From Zygnema circumcarinatum SAG 698-1b (Eukaryota; Plantae; Zygnematophyceae), in assembly GCA_037447605.1 (NCBI GenBank), contig CM074816.1:2198525-2262524 (forward strand): a stretch of DNA of 64,000 bases, given 5' to 3'. Position numbers and translations under genes: made by a program. This document shows positions 23,933-35,987 of this stretch, piece by piece. The notes under the pieces were generated by a model, which was not told where the DNA came from, did no database searches, and was given only the letters and a program-made list of their open reading frames with translations. The number at the start of each line of letters is the position of its first letter. Within the stretch, counting starts at the first letter, position 1.

Positions 23933-26900
23933 TCAGAAGTAAAGGCCAAAGCCAATTTGCCTGGGCGGTGCCTCTATCATCCACGGCGATCTGCAGGATG
24001 CACACAAACCCCTCAACAGCAGTGAGCCTTCTCCTGCAGGATGTTCATACCATTTCAGATGCTGACGTCCATACAAGGACAGCCACAACCTGTACAAGAA
24101 GCTCCCTTGATCAGTAATACGCCCAATCTCTGAAACCTCATGATGTACTTCAACTTGAATGCCAACACTGGCGAGCGCCCACCTGTTCATCATATACGCG
24201 ATGCTTCCCTGCGCCGAACGTTCCAGAAGCTGCTGGCGATGCTCAAGGCTGATTCCTCCCTCCTGCAGGAGCAGTGTCCCTTTCAGTGACAAAAGACCAG
24301 AAGAAAGGGAATAGGAAAATCATCATAACCGCCTCACTGATAACATAACAGCATTCAGATCCAGCTAGCCACTCAAGTGCTTTCCAACATGTCCTGCATA
24401 AAGGCGTAGCTCTCCTGGTCATTCCAAAGTACTCGAGTATCGTCCAACAAATAAAGAGAGTTCTCAATACATAAGTTAGGCGGATGTGTAGACACGCAGA
24501 ATGCATAGTCAATGGTAGGTTAAGGAAACGAGTGGTACCTCCTCTGGAAACCACACTCCAGGCTGGGTGCTCCCTTCCAACATTGCAAGTGCAAATGCTG
24601 CCACTGCTTGGCCAACACATCTGACAGATTTCCATAAAAGGAACCTTTCAGAAAGTGCACGAAGTACGGATTGGCTCGTTTGCAAACAAGTATGGCAATG
24701 TTGGCTGCTCTGCTTGAGCATGTGCAATCGTCACACTACAATCTCTCGTCTCGGTTCACTATTCCTAACCAGCCCTCATATCACAGTGGCGTCACACATC
24801 ACCTTATCACTGCAACGCTTCAGCATCTATTCAACGCTGAATTTGTCAAATTCAGCATTTTACTGCTTTGTCCGTGTGAATTTTGTCTACGCCGTAATCT
24901 CTGGGTTCGGGTGTCGAGATGCCTCCATCGTTACAAAGCACAGACAGGGATAAAAGCAAGCAAGTTCTCACCTTGAAAGCGATTTATGGGAGTAAATAGC
25001 CACAGCCTTGCGGCCATTCAAACATTCCAAGTCTACCTGCACATCAACACACGAAGAGAACCTTAGCAAAGGTTAGTCAGTGCTTGGGGTGACCAGGGTT
25101 ACCTTAATTAAAGAAGCAAAATCAAAACACTGAAACGTAACGGCACATTCAGCTCCTGAACAGTACCAGATCACACAGAAATAACCTCTAACGATATGGA
25201 AGATCAAACATGGAAAGGGCAAAAGTGCAAACTTAGAGAACCGTACTCACCCTCATAGCCATCTTCTCGCCAGCCCATAAATCCACCAGGCGCACCAGTG
25301 GATTTGTCAGCTGGACCAATACCTGAACTTTGCTTTGCTCCTTCAGCACCTCCTGAACGGCTCAAAAGCGAGGAAAAGGAAACAGAAAAACGGCATGGAA
25401 GGCTGGCATCATGTTCTGGGTCCAAAATAGCAATACGAGAAGATTAACTTTTACATGGCATGCCTTGCAGGACCAAATGGGTACGAATGATATGCAGATG
25501 TTACGCAATACTAAGACACTAGTGCTAAGTGCTACGGCACTAATGATACATACCTTTGGCACAACTGCCACCATCAGTTCCATGGCCCAGTTCCAAAAAG
25601 GCGGATCCGTTCCAAAGCGAGCGCTCACACTTGGCACGCCCAGCACCGAATGGCACGATGTCACCTCAGGCAAGTTCCTGCAATTGCAGTTCGCTGCCTA
25701 TCAGCGCTTATGTCCTGCACATTTGGACGACCTTTGTACATGCATCACGACTGCAGGAAGAAACATAGCAACATTTGTCACCATTTTTTGTGAATACATT
25801 TTGCAGAACTTAAGTTTGTAACGACCTGCTAAATTGTCAATAAAACAGCACTTTACTCGTCATAGTAGTTTGGCACAAAACGTCCTTTGGGAAAAACCCT
25901 TAGAAAAGGAGTCTCACAAGAGATAGACAGGTTTTTCTCCAATTCCTTTGCCGAAATCAACCACTTGACAGCCGCTATACGGCTTGGCGACGACCTCCTT
26001 CCCTGCATCCCAGCATATGGCGAAGAAAGCCCTTCAAAGCGAGTGAAAAAGTGGACGATACGTAAGAGAGTAATGTATGCCAGTTCTCTTGGAAGAACAC
26101 AACCATACAATCAAGTAATAGAGTACAAACGACATCATGAAGTCCACTTCTTGATGGGTGGTATATTTCAGTACAACCGTGCCCATTTGTCTCACCATAG
26201 AGACCAAAAGGGTTGACGACTCAAAATTGGAAAGCAGTAGGTGCATAACAAGCGCCTTTCAGATGTAGACGAAAAAACTGAAAGTCGCAGGCAACAAAAA
26301 AAAGGTAAGACAACAGCTTAGACCTTACTGCCTGATAGGAACAACTAGTTGGAGATGAGTTTATGCACCTGTAACTTACCATCCTTATATGCCAGCACAT
26401 CTTCTCCGAGCAGCAAATAGCTAGTCGCCAATATGGTGGGCCCTGCCCCCCCCGATCCCGCAGTATAGTAGAAAAACCTAAAGCATCAAGTCAGCCCTAG
26501 CTGTCTAACAATTATGAAAATCTTACCAACTTCTTCATGAGGCAAACCATGACAGAACGCTATCTTCCATGCATTGTCTCCAATCCTTGCTATCTTTCAA
26601 GTCAACCTGCTCCATAGATGATTGTTTGCTGAAAGGGGGAATGCTTCAAGACAGAATTAAAAACGCCAAGAAAATAAAGAAAGCCGCCTAGTGTCCCCTC
26701 TGCAGACTCGAGTAAGATGAAGACACTCGACACTCCAACTTAACAAATTCCAAATGCTTTCTTCTGGAAGTAGAACACGTCACAGAACTCACCTCACACT
26801 TTTCGCATCATTTCCTTCGGACTCCTCAGAATCCGCATTGCCAGCACGAGCTAACCGGATCAGCTCCGCTGCCATCACTGCATCAAACGCATGGCTTAGA

Positions 26901-28481
26901 TAACAAGCATGCCTTTGATTAATTAAATGGCATCAGTCAATCAAGCTTATGATGCACCAATAAAAAAAGCAGATGAGTTTCTCAAAGGCAAAGAAGTAAC
27001 CCAATGACTATATATGCTAAGTATAATGTTGCTGCAAACATTGAGACGTGGGCCCAAGTCCCACGCTCATTGCTAGTCCCATCCGATTCCTTGTCTTCAG
27101 CATGAGAAGCTTACAGTTGCTTACTCCCGGGTAGATACCGGTAGTAGTTAATGCTGGAACTCCAGCAGCTCGAGCCTTATCGTGGAGGGCTCGGACACTC
27201 TGAGAATAATCTCGATCATCACAAACATCCATGTATGGAATCTGCCACATTCCAGCTCCAAATGCTGTTCAACCTCTACTAACGGCCAATAAGATGGTGC
27301 CTAGATAGACAGTGATAGGAGACGAGAAGCTCGGAAAACAAATCCTGTAGTTTAGCATGAACAAGGCATTATGCTGCTCAGAGTATTCTAGCGACTGACT
27401 CGGGCCACCCTTCAAGGGATAGAGGAGTTTTCGCTGCCAGACAGCAGACCTTCAGATCAATGGCTGCCTCCAGCACTGCACAACGTCCCTTTCGTTGAAA
27501 TGGCCCGGCCGAGTGTATCACTAAATCAGCACCTGCGCAAAACATTGCACCCGCTCTCTTTAATGATACTCATGTTATGACCAATTTATCACATTTTTGC
27601 GGTTCATATTCATGAGAGAATTCTCGAGAGGATGGCCGAGAGATACCATCCAGAGTTTCTCGTAAATCGGAATCGTTGTCAATATCACACTGTACAAATG
27701 TCGCATTGCCATTCAAACGTGAACAAACTTCTTCGCCTCGTGCCCTGTGCACATAACAAAATAACCCAAGGAATCTCAGGTGCTCGTCCGACCGACAGGT
27801 CGAAGAGGATGGCTCCTAGCAGGAGGCATATCGATTCGAAATCACAAGGTAAAGGAATACAGACTTGTTGTCAAGTGTTCAAAAGCTACTCCTACCTAAA
27901 CGATAATCGCTCGTTTGCACGTTGTTAAGAAGTGACAAATGACCCGCAGCAGCTAGGCACTGACAGTAATGAATGCCATTAAAACGGACATGGAAAGGCA
28001 GCAGGATATACCTGTCCCTGCCTGCAATTACCAAATCAATGGAGATATCGGAGCTGCTTCGTTTTCCGCCGAAACTAAAGTCGAGCAAACTTGCAGCTGA
28101 AGATGATCCAACTCTCCCACTTCCACCTAACACTACCACCCTCTTCCTGTCAACTCTAACCGAGTCACTGCTATCTGTATCTGCTGCCACTCCTGAGGAA
28201 GCCACCCTACACTGCGTCACGCTTCCAAGCTTTTGGGTGCTGGCTTTCAGGCAACGTTTAAATAATCTCTCTCCGTCAGCATGAGGCAAGGAGACGGCAG
28301 CGGGTGGCAGAGAACTCGATGAGCACCTACAGACCCTCACACCACTCTGTTTCCTAAATATGTCATTAAATTTTCCGCCATTCAATGGAACGGGCGGAAA
28401 GAAATTCTGCACAGTGAATTCATGAGCGCGATTCCAGCGAAAGGCCTGAGGCGCCGGAGCAGCCACTGCCGCCATGGCCAT
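23933..28481 (-). CDS. Saccharopine dehydrogenase-like NAD(P)-binding oxidoreductase with a probable plastid transit peptide
   Basis: Rossmann motif VVVLGGSGRVG; VIHSAGPFQ; YMDVCDD; TTGIYPGVSN; FFYYTAGSGGAGPTI; LPEVTSCH; GVWFPEE; C-terminal SPWMIEAPPRQIGFGLYF*. One internal small exon near 26.5-26.7 kb is unresolved. Confidence 0.86.
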
Positions 28482-28576
28482 GGCCGCCAGCCTCCTCCTC
28501 CAGCACTGGTAGTCTGCCACCTCTCCTGGAGAACGCGACGGTGCGGGAAACGCCCTCAGGGCCCCATTCACCGCAC

Positions 28577-28716
28577 CGTATCATATCGTATCGTCTAATA
28601 TCGCATTGAATCGTATCGTATTTACAATATTGTGGTTTACCGTATCTTCAAGTATCGTATTTACATGTATCGTATAATAGCATATCGTATCGTTTTGTTT
28701 CGTATCGTATCGTATA
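28577..28716. repeat. Degenerate (TATCG)n pentamer tract in a 363 bp head-to-head spacer
   Basis: Many CGTAT/TATCG units in an AT-rich patch between GC-rich gene starts. Confidence 0.8.
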
Positions 28717-28844
28717 TTAGCAGTATGTACGTTCCCTGCGGGGAGCGGGCGGCCGCCATGGCTGCCGGAGGCTGGCGGAGGATGCCTCCGGTTGGGCCCC
28801 ACAGCGCGCTCGCACCGCTATGAGAGCAGCGCGCTGTTGGCAGC

Positions 28845-31800
28845 ATGAGCCACGCGAGCAGCCAGCTGGAAGGGGCAGGCCCGCTGCCTACGGCTGCTCA
28901 AGGGAGCCTCGAATCACCTTCACCAGCACGATCGTCAGGGAGGCGCAGGCGCCATGGCGCCGTGCGCATGGCAGCACTTGTCTCAGTGCTCGTTGTTTTT
29001 GTCGGTCTTGACTTTTTCGATTTGGCGTGGCGGGATAAGCAGTCGCTGGACTCGTCTCGGCATTCAAAAGCAGTCGGCGAACGAGCTTTCGACAGCGCCA
29101 CCAGTGGCAAGGCTGCTGAATCTGACAGTGCTCACAGCAACTTGGTGCTGAATTCCGATTCCAATCAAATTGGCGATGTTAAGGAAGGGAACAGTACAAC
29201 ACCACGCCGAGAGGGGGAGGAAAGCTCAGGATTTGCAGAAAATGGAGGTACGGGGCTGCATTTCTGGCGTGGTGCCCCTTGGAGGCAGGAAGTTGGAGAA
29301 TGGTTCAGTGAATGTGGAGGGACCTCTGCACCGATCCGCGTACTTGAGGTGAGATAAAGGTCTTGGAAGCAAGCTTGTACTGGAGCTTGGAAATAGGATG
29401 GAGAGTGTGCAAGGAAAAGCGAGCACTATGTGACAATGGGTGGAAGGTGTGGCAGGTAGTGGAGGACAAGGAGTGTCCTCGCAGCTGTAGCGGTAATGGC
29501 GTTTGCAACCATGAACTTGGAGAATGCCGATGTTCGCATGGTTACAAAGGTATTCCCACATTTAGCGAGCGTGTGGTCTCAAATGACCGTCAATGCCGAT
29601 CATAATGCTGCTTTCGCCTTGCACATGCCGCCACTGGCTTAGTTCGTGTGTGGTTCGTTGCGGGTGTGTGTTCCATTTGTACAGTAACTTCATCAGAACC
29701 TTGACGAAATAATGCCTTGAAAGCAGTGCTTGTGCAGGTTCTGACTGCGCGGAGCTGGACGACTACCCTTGCAACGAAGACGTAACGAACGAATGGCCTG
29801 CAGGCCCCCCGCGGTCATCCACATGCGCCGCAGTTTGCAACAGACGCACAGCTCAGTGCTTTTGCGGACCGGACTCTCCCTACCCGAATCGACCGGCAGT
29901 TGAACCCTGCGGTTTTGTGACTAGGTGCTGGAAAGACTGCCAAAATATGCACAACATGCGCTCTCGAGATTTTGCAAGCATTTCGATTCCTCAAACGTGC
30001 ACTTCCAGAGTGCTCTTGTACCTAAAAGCAGGGAGACGTGCGCTTCTGCACAAAGTGTAACCCGGTCTGGGTTCTGGGTATTGAGGGAGCAGAGAAGGAG
30101 TTTTACATCATTCAATACTGGATAATGGCTTACTGTATTCGAAAGATAGTGAGCGCCCTGGTTGGTGCATGGTAGACCCTACTGGATCAGAGGAACCGCT
30201 CATGCAGTGCTATTGCAACTATGACGGACAGACGGGAAGGTTTTGTCAAATACCAACACGGGCTTACTGTCTGGGTGGCTGCAACAACCACGGGGACTGC
30301 CGCACAGGTCACTGTGAGGTGAGGACTGGTGTTCACTTTGGTCCATTTTATATTTCCAACTTCATCTGATTTTTCCCGTTTTGGTTGGACCTTACGATAG
30401 CTGTTGAAATTGATTCTTCCTTAGATTGTATGATGATTTTTCTCTCCTTATTTGGCATATTTTTACGTGCATATCTGTATGAATACTTAGTTCCGCGGAT
30501 TTATAGTGTTGTATCCAAATTGATCATCGTTGATTCAGTCACGGTTCTTTGAGTGAAGCATATTCCAGTTGAATCATGTTCCCTTGTTGACAGTCCGCCA
30601 AGGAGGGGAAGCTCTTAAAGAGTGAACCCATCATCCGGCTTTCTTAACCATTCCGAATTTTCAACTAATACACTGGGGAAGATGGGGACTATGTGAATTG
30701 CCTAAAGACGAGCAACCTTCTTGTAAGGGAATGTACCATCATGACAAAGCTTTGGAAAGGCTAATTGATGGACCGCTTCACGGAGACAGTGCAGAGATGG
30801 CTGGTTCGGCATCGACTGCAGCATCCCATCCCACACGTCTAATCTTGAAAATTGGACGCCTCCATGGCTGAAGCTTGTTGCAACTCCCGACACGCCACTG
30901 GCAACTTCTCGAATGCAAGCTTCAGAAGACCTCGCATCAAAACAAGCGGGACTTATGGTCACACGCAGGCGGCCACTCGTTTATATCTATGATCTTCCAG
31001 GCGAGTTCAACTTCCACCATTTGCAGGTGAGATGCCATGGATCTCTAACTTCGTATTCTTCAATAAACTTGTCCACCTGTTGCGTCATTAGCACCCTTTC
31101 TCGACTTATTAAGTTTCATAGTTTAAAAAAATGCTGAATCAACAGTTATTACTATTATTCTTTCATCCTCCCAATGACATTGTGAAAGAGTAGTCCATTG
31201 CTTGTCCATTCGGTGGAGTTAAGGTGTTCTGACCACGAAATCACAGGCTTGAAGATTTTCAGGCATATCAGATGGCTGTCATTTGCAAGGGATATGAATC
31301 CGTGCCTGAGCATTCCGGTTTTTCTTGCACCCTGTTATAGACGTGGGACTGGTCGCAAAAGTAGGTCGGTAGTCGAAGCTGCACAAATGAAAATGCCTGA
31401 TGCGACCATTTGCGTTTTGCAGGGTCGCAAATGGCGGCCATACTGTGTACCTTGGTGGTACAACGAGGAAAACGCGACTGAGTTCAATTATGGCGATCTT
31501 TATGGCATGGAGGTGGGGAATTGGATTTAGATCCGGGAATTGCGTTTTCACGTTTAACTTTGATGGCAAGAATGTTAGGCTTCAGAGAAATTGACTACAT
31601 TATTTCTCCAAAAATGATTAACATATGGTGAGAGTTGAGTCCCTGTGACTGTTTTGTGTGTACTGGCATAGCGCTCAAATCCTTGACCTGCTACCTAGAT
31701 TCGGACTCCCCTGTTCTTCAGTTACAATTGTGCCCAGTCCCCCGGGCTGCCCTGCATTATGTATGAGTGCAGACTGAAGTGCTGGAGGGGTTGCTAGCGA

Positions 31801-34800
31801 GCCCACATCGGACTACCAATGCAGAGGAGGCCGACTTCTTCTATGTGCCCGTTTTTGTCGCATGTATGATCCACCGAGCGGACGATTCTCCGCGCATGGA
31901 TACGCAGGTGCCGCCTCTGCCCCTGCTTCCTGCCTTATTCGGTGTCAAATATATGCCTGAAGGTAGTTTCGTGCATCGTCAACAAATGCAGCTTTACCTG
32001 AGAGGGATGTCGCATTTTATGATTTCACAAATTCTTCATAGGTGCAACCTGAGGTGTCCGAACAATGTCTGCTACCCAAAGGGACTTACTGTGTTGAGAT
32101 TGCAAAGAAGCAGAAATTCTCATGCATCGTACCTATACGTTGACATCCTCGGAATATGCAGAAGTGCACGGCACCTTTGCATGCATTGAAGTAACGCCTT
32201 TCCGGCATTATCCGCTGCCTGATTTGTTTGTCTGCAGAAATTATATAAGGATACTCGACCCTATATTGCAACTGCATATGTCATCAAAGCGTATGATTAC
32301 ATTCGCTCTACATATCCGTATTGGGATCGTACTGGCGGGCGCGACCATATATGGGTGAGCAAGAATCAAGTGTTGCCAATAATTGGCCCCTGGCAAAGAA
32401 AAGTTTTGTTATCCTTAATTTAGACACGATTGGGCGGCTGGTCATGTGCTTTCCGACTCCATGCGAATTGCATTCGTAGCCTCTTTGTCTTAGTTCAAAC
32501 TTGTCCAATCTAGTTAACGTAGTCCTGTCACCAAGTGAACATTGTGAGCATTTTATATGCCTTATTGTGGATCTCTTTTTTGTTTTTCGTAAGTTGTATT
32601 GCCTCTATGCTATTTGTTGGTTCAGTTACAATGACCATTGATTAAGCTTTTGATGCTGAAGAAAGCTAGATTCTCGATTTTCAAAAATAATGAGCACACC
32701 TATACATGCACATGTATTAGATGAAGTTTTGTCGAATATGGGCTGGTCTGAGGGCTCCCAATCATTGTGACGTAAAGGTCCATTCTGTGTTGATGAGGAG
32801 CTTTACCTTTCGCGCAGTTGAGCCGGATTGGTTGCTGCGAAAGGCATTGAGATTTCTTGCATGAAGCTGACCGAAGGTCTTGAGGTTGCAGAACTTTCCT
32901 TGGGATGAGGGTGCCTGTTCTGCTCCGCAAGTAATTTGGAACAGCATCATGCTCTCTCCGTGGGGCAATACTATGACCAAGCACAAGCGTTCAACAACAA
33001 CCTATGGAATCGACATTTGGAATCAGATCCCGGACGAAGTCCGTGGAGACCACCCCTGCTTCGATGCAGCCAAAGACATTGTGCTGCCTGCTGCGAAGAA
33101 GCCGGATGTGGAGCTTGTTAACTCACAGCTCTGGGCAAGGTGCGCCCTCATATAGCTGAAGGGCATCAGCGTGTTGCAAGGTCTGCAGGAAAGAATGAAC
33201 CAGTTTCTAGAAGAAGTATGTAAGTGTGGGGCTAGATAGAGGGCTCTTTGAATTTACAATCTCACTTTTGCAATTGTGGCCGATCCATTGCAGGAAGTGG
33301 ACCTTTTTTCCTGGTTTAGGGCCAGATTGCATCAAGCATAAGAAGCAGTTTCTCACCTCAGCTGAACTGGGGACTTGTTTGATTGACTGTCTTTAAACCC
33401 CAGTCTGTTTCCTGTGAACCTTTTAGTGATATTGTCACTAGTTGTAGGACTCAAAAGTGCTGAGACCGAGTATAGCAACTTCAATCTGTCAGCAGTATCA
33501 CATCATCTTGTTTCCACCTTGTTCTATCCAACGCTACATTTGAATCAACCTGTCCAACGTCAGAAGCACATTCCCGTTTGTCGCTGTCTTTGCCAGTCTT
33601 GCAAATGCTACATCAATCATCAAGAATGATTCTAACGATAGACTGGTGGAGAGTGGTGGGCAGACCCATTGAAGAACGATCAATCTTCTTTTACTTTAGA
33701 GGTAATCTTGGATTCCGCTACCAATTTGGCAGGCCAGAGGCAAAGTGAGTATTGGCTTATCCATTCGCCCACTTCGCAGTGTCAGACTGAAGTTCATAGA
33801 GGGCTTAAACTGTTCAGACAGGAAGTTGACTATTATTGAGACACAGGATCTATGTGCTTATGCAGAGAAAGCAGATCTTGTAATCGGGGAGAAAGGGAAT
33901 CCAATCAGTTTCGAGTCCTGCTTGCCAGCACCCTTGAATTGGTTTTTTCCGGGATTGTCTTATTGGTGGTTGCAGCTACAGTATGGGCATTCGACAGGAG
34001 GTAGCGAAATTTTTTGGGTCCACTCTTGACAAGAACAACCAGACGGGCGAGCTCTACGAAGAGTCGGTTATCGTAGCGCATACTCATGAGGGAGACTATG
34101 GGCAACAGGTGAACAGCTGAGCTGCTATGTTAGGAGCAGGATATGAGCCCATTCGTGATTTGTTAGTTTACTTGGGAGGTCAGGATTTCAGACCGCCGGG
34201 GAGACAATAGGTGGTGCTTACCATTTTGGGGTGGTGGGTGGCTTGCGTGGTTCTAGCTTTCCCGATCCCGTTTCTGCGGAGTTTTTCCAGGCGATGGGTT
34301 CAGTGCACGTATGGAGGACAGCATTTTGCATGGCTGCATTCCTGTTATCATTCAGGATGGGATCCAAATGGCTTATGAAAATATGATGGATTACAAAGAA
34401 TTTTCCATACGTATTTCTGAGGATCAGATTCCTCAAATGATTCACATTCTCAAGGTGTCTTCCGTCACCTGCACTTTTGACTTTGCTTGTGTTTGGCCAA
34501 TGTCCTACTTCATTTGACGGAAAGAGAAAATCAAAATAATGAAAACACGGATATGCTTGTGAAATCGTCTAAAGTTTTGCCACTTTTACAAGCTGTGTTC
34601 AATCCCGGCAATTGAACAATACTCTATCGGTGCTGATGACACAGGCCATTCCTGAAGACAGGGTCCGGAAAATGCAAGTCGCCATTCGGGCTCTGTGGCA
34701 ACGCTGGTCGTATCACTCCGTCGTTGAGACAGAGGCACAGAGGCAGAAAGAATGGCACGGGTTTGAGGCGGACTGGGCGCAAGCTAACCGACTGCTGCAA

Positions 34801-35299
34801 GAAGACGATGTCATCGCCACGTTGATTCAGGTTCACATAACCCTTCCATGCCTGCACTCGCGTAAAGGAGGACTTCGTGCACTCTGTTATGGCAGTGCTT
34901 TGTCGTTTTAAGTGAAGCTAATGCAGCAAAATGAGGGCTATCTGTTGTCTTGGTATCATGCTTATTTTTTATTGGCAATGCATAGGGTGAATTGGTATGT
35001 TACTGGAAGAGGAGAACGTGTGGTCTGGTGATGATGACGATGACGACGATGATGACACTGTCTGACAGGGCAGGGCATGCTGCCGTACTTTCTGAGGCTG
35101 ACTGGGAGTTGAAACGTGTTTGATTGTATGTGAAGCTGACGTAAATGTCCCCTGGTGAGGTTTGCAGATCCTGCACTACAAGTTGCACAACGATCCGTGG
35201 AGGGGGGAGCCCGATGTTGCCGGTCACCATGCGGCAAGAGAATACGGCATCCCCCAGAAGTGTGTGCGGAGCCGGGCCGGCCGGCCGCCGATGACTTAG
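28845..35299 (+). CDS. EGF-like-domain exostosin (GT47) glycosyltransferase, copy 2, complete
   Basis: TM anchor ALVSVLVVFVGLDFF; WRGAPWRQEVGEWFSECGG; EGF-like exons (29456-29549, 29738-29924, 30093-30318, from 30790); RRPLVYIYDLP; RTTNAEEADFFYVP; YWDRTGGRDHIW; WDEGAC; FCGVFPGDGFSARMEDSILHGCIPVIIQD; LHYKLHNDPW. TAG at 35297-35299. Confidence 0.92.
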
Positions 35300-35987
35300 T
35301 CAGGTCTGCTTCGCACGCTGCAGTCAGACTCGAAGAGAAACCCGATTTGGTAAAAAGAAGTTTCCTAATCGCTCGCTGGTGAATTAAAATGTTATTATGC
35401 TGGTGATGGGAAAATGTTCCTCACTCTCCCCTAAGACATTTTGGAGCTCAATTCAGAGAGAAGGTTGATTAATAAATAGTTTATCCCAAATAGTTTTAGC
35501 CCACCATTTTAAATTGTTAAGATTAGCACCGTATTGTATCCTAGACGCTGCGGTCATTCTAGAACACGGCGTCAGTTGACAGCATTTTGCTGGGCGCAGT
35601 CACATAGCTGACTGGTCCGCACAGCACTGCCATTCCTGTTAGATGACACTACAGCGTGTCGCAAGTATTGGTGTTGCTTCTTGTCTTCAGTTTTATGTAC
35701 GCTCAGTTTGACAGGCCGAGTCAAGAATCATGCATACTAAATCAATTTTGATCAATTTTTATGCTTTGCACTTCTCATTGTTGCGTGGGCGAATGAACCA
35801 TCACAGAAGGCTTTGCGCATCAGCGAGGTGTTGCGCTAAACCCGCTACGAACAACCATACACATGCAATATGGCAACCTCCAGCCACACCGCGGGATGAA
35901 CAAAAATAACTTTACAGTGTCGCTCTATGTACAAGCACACAGACTGAGACTAAAACTGCTCAAACCAAGGCAGGCACCCTCGCTCGC

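Noticed and set aside
31701-31711. TCGGACTCCCC matching part of the MITE TIR
   Set aside because: Only 11 bp, with no partner repeat nearby.
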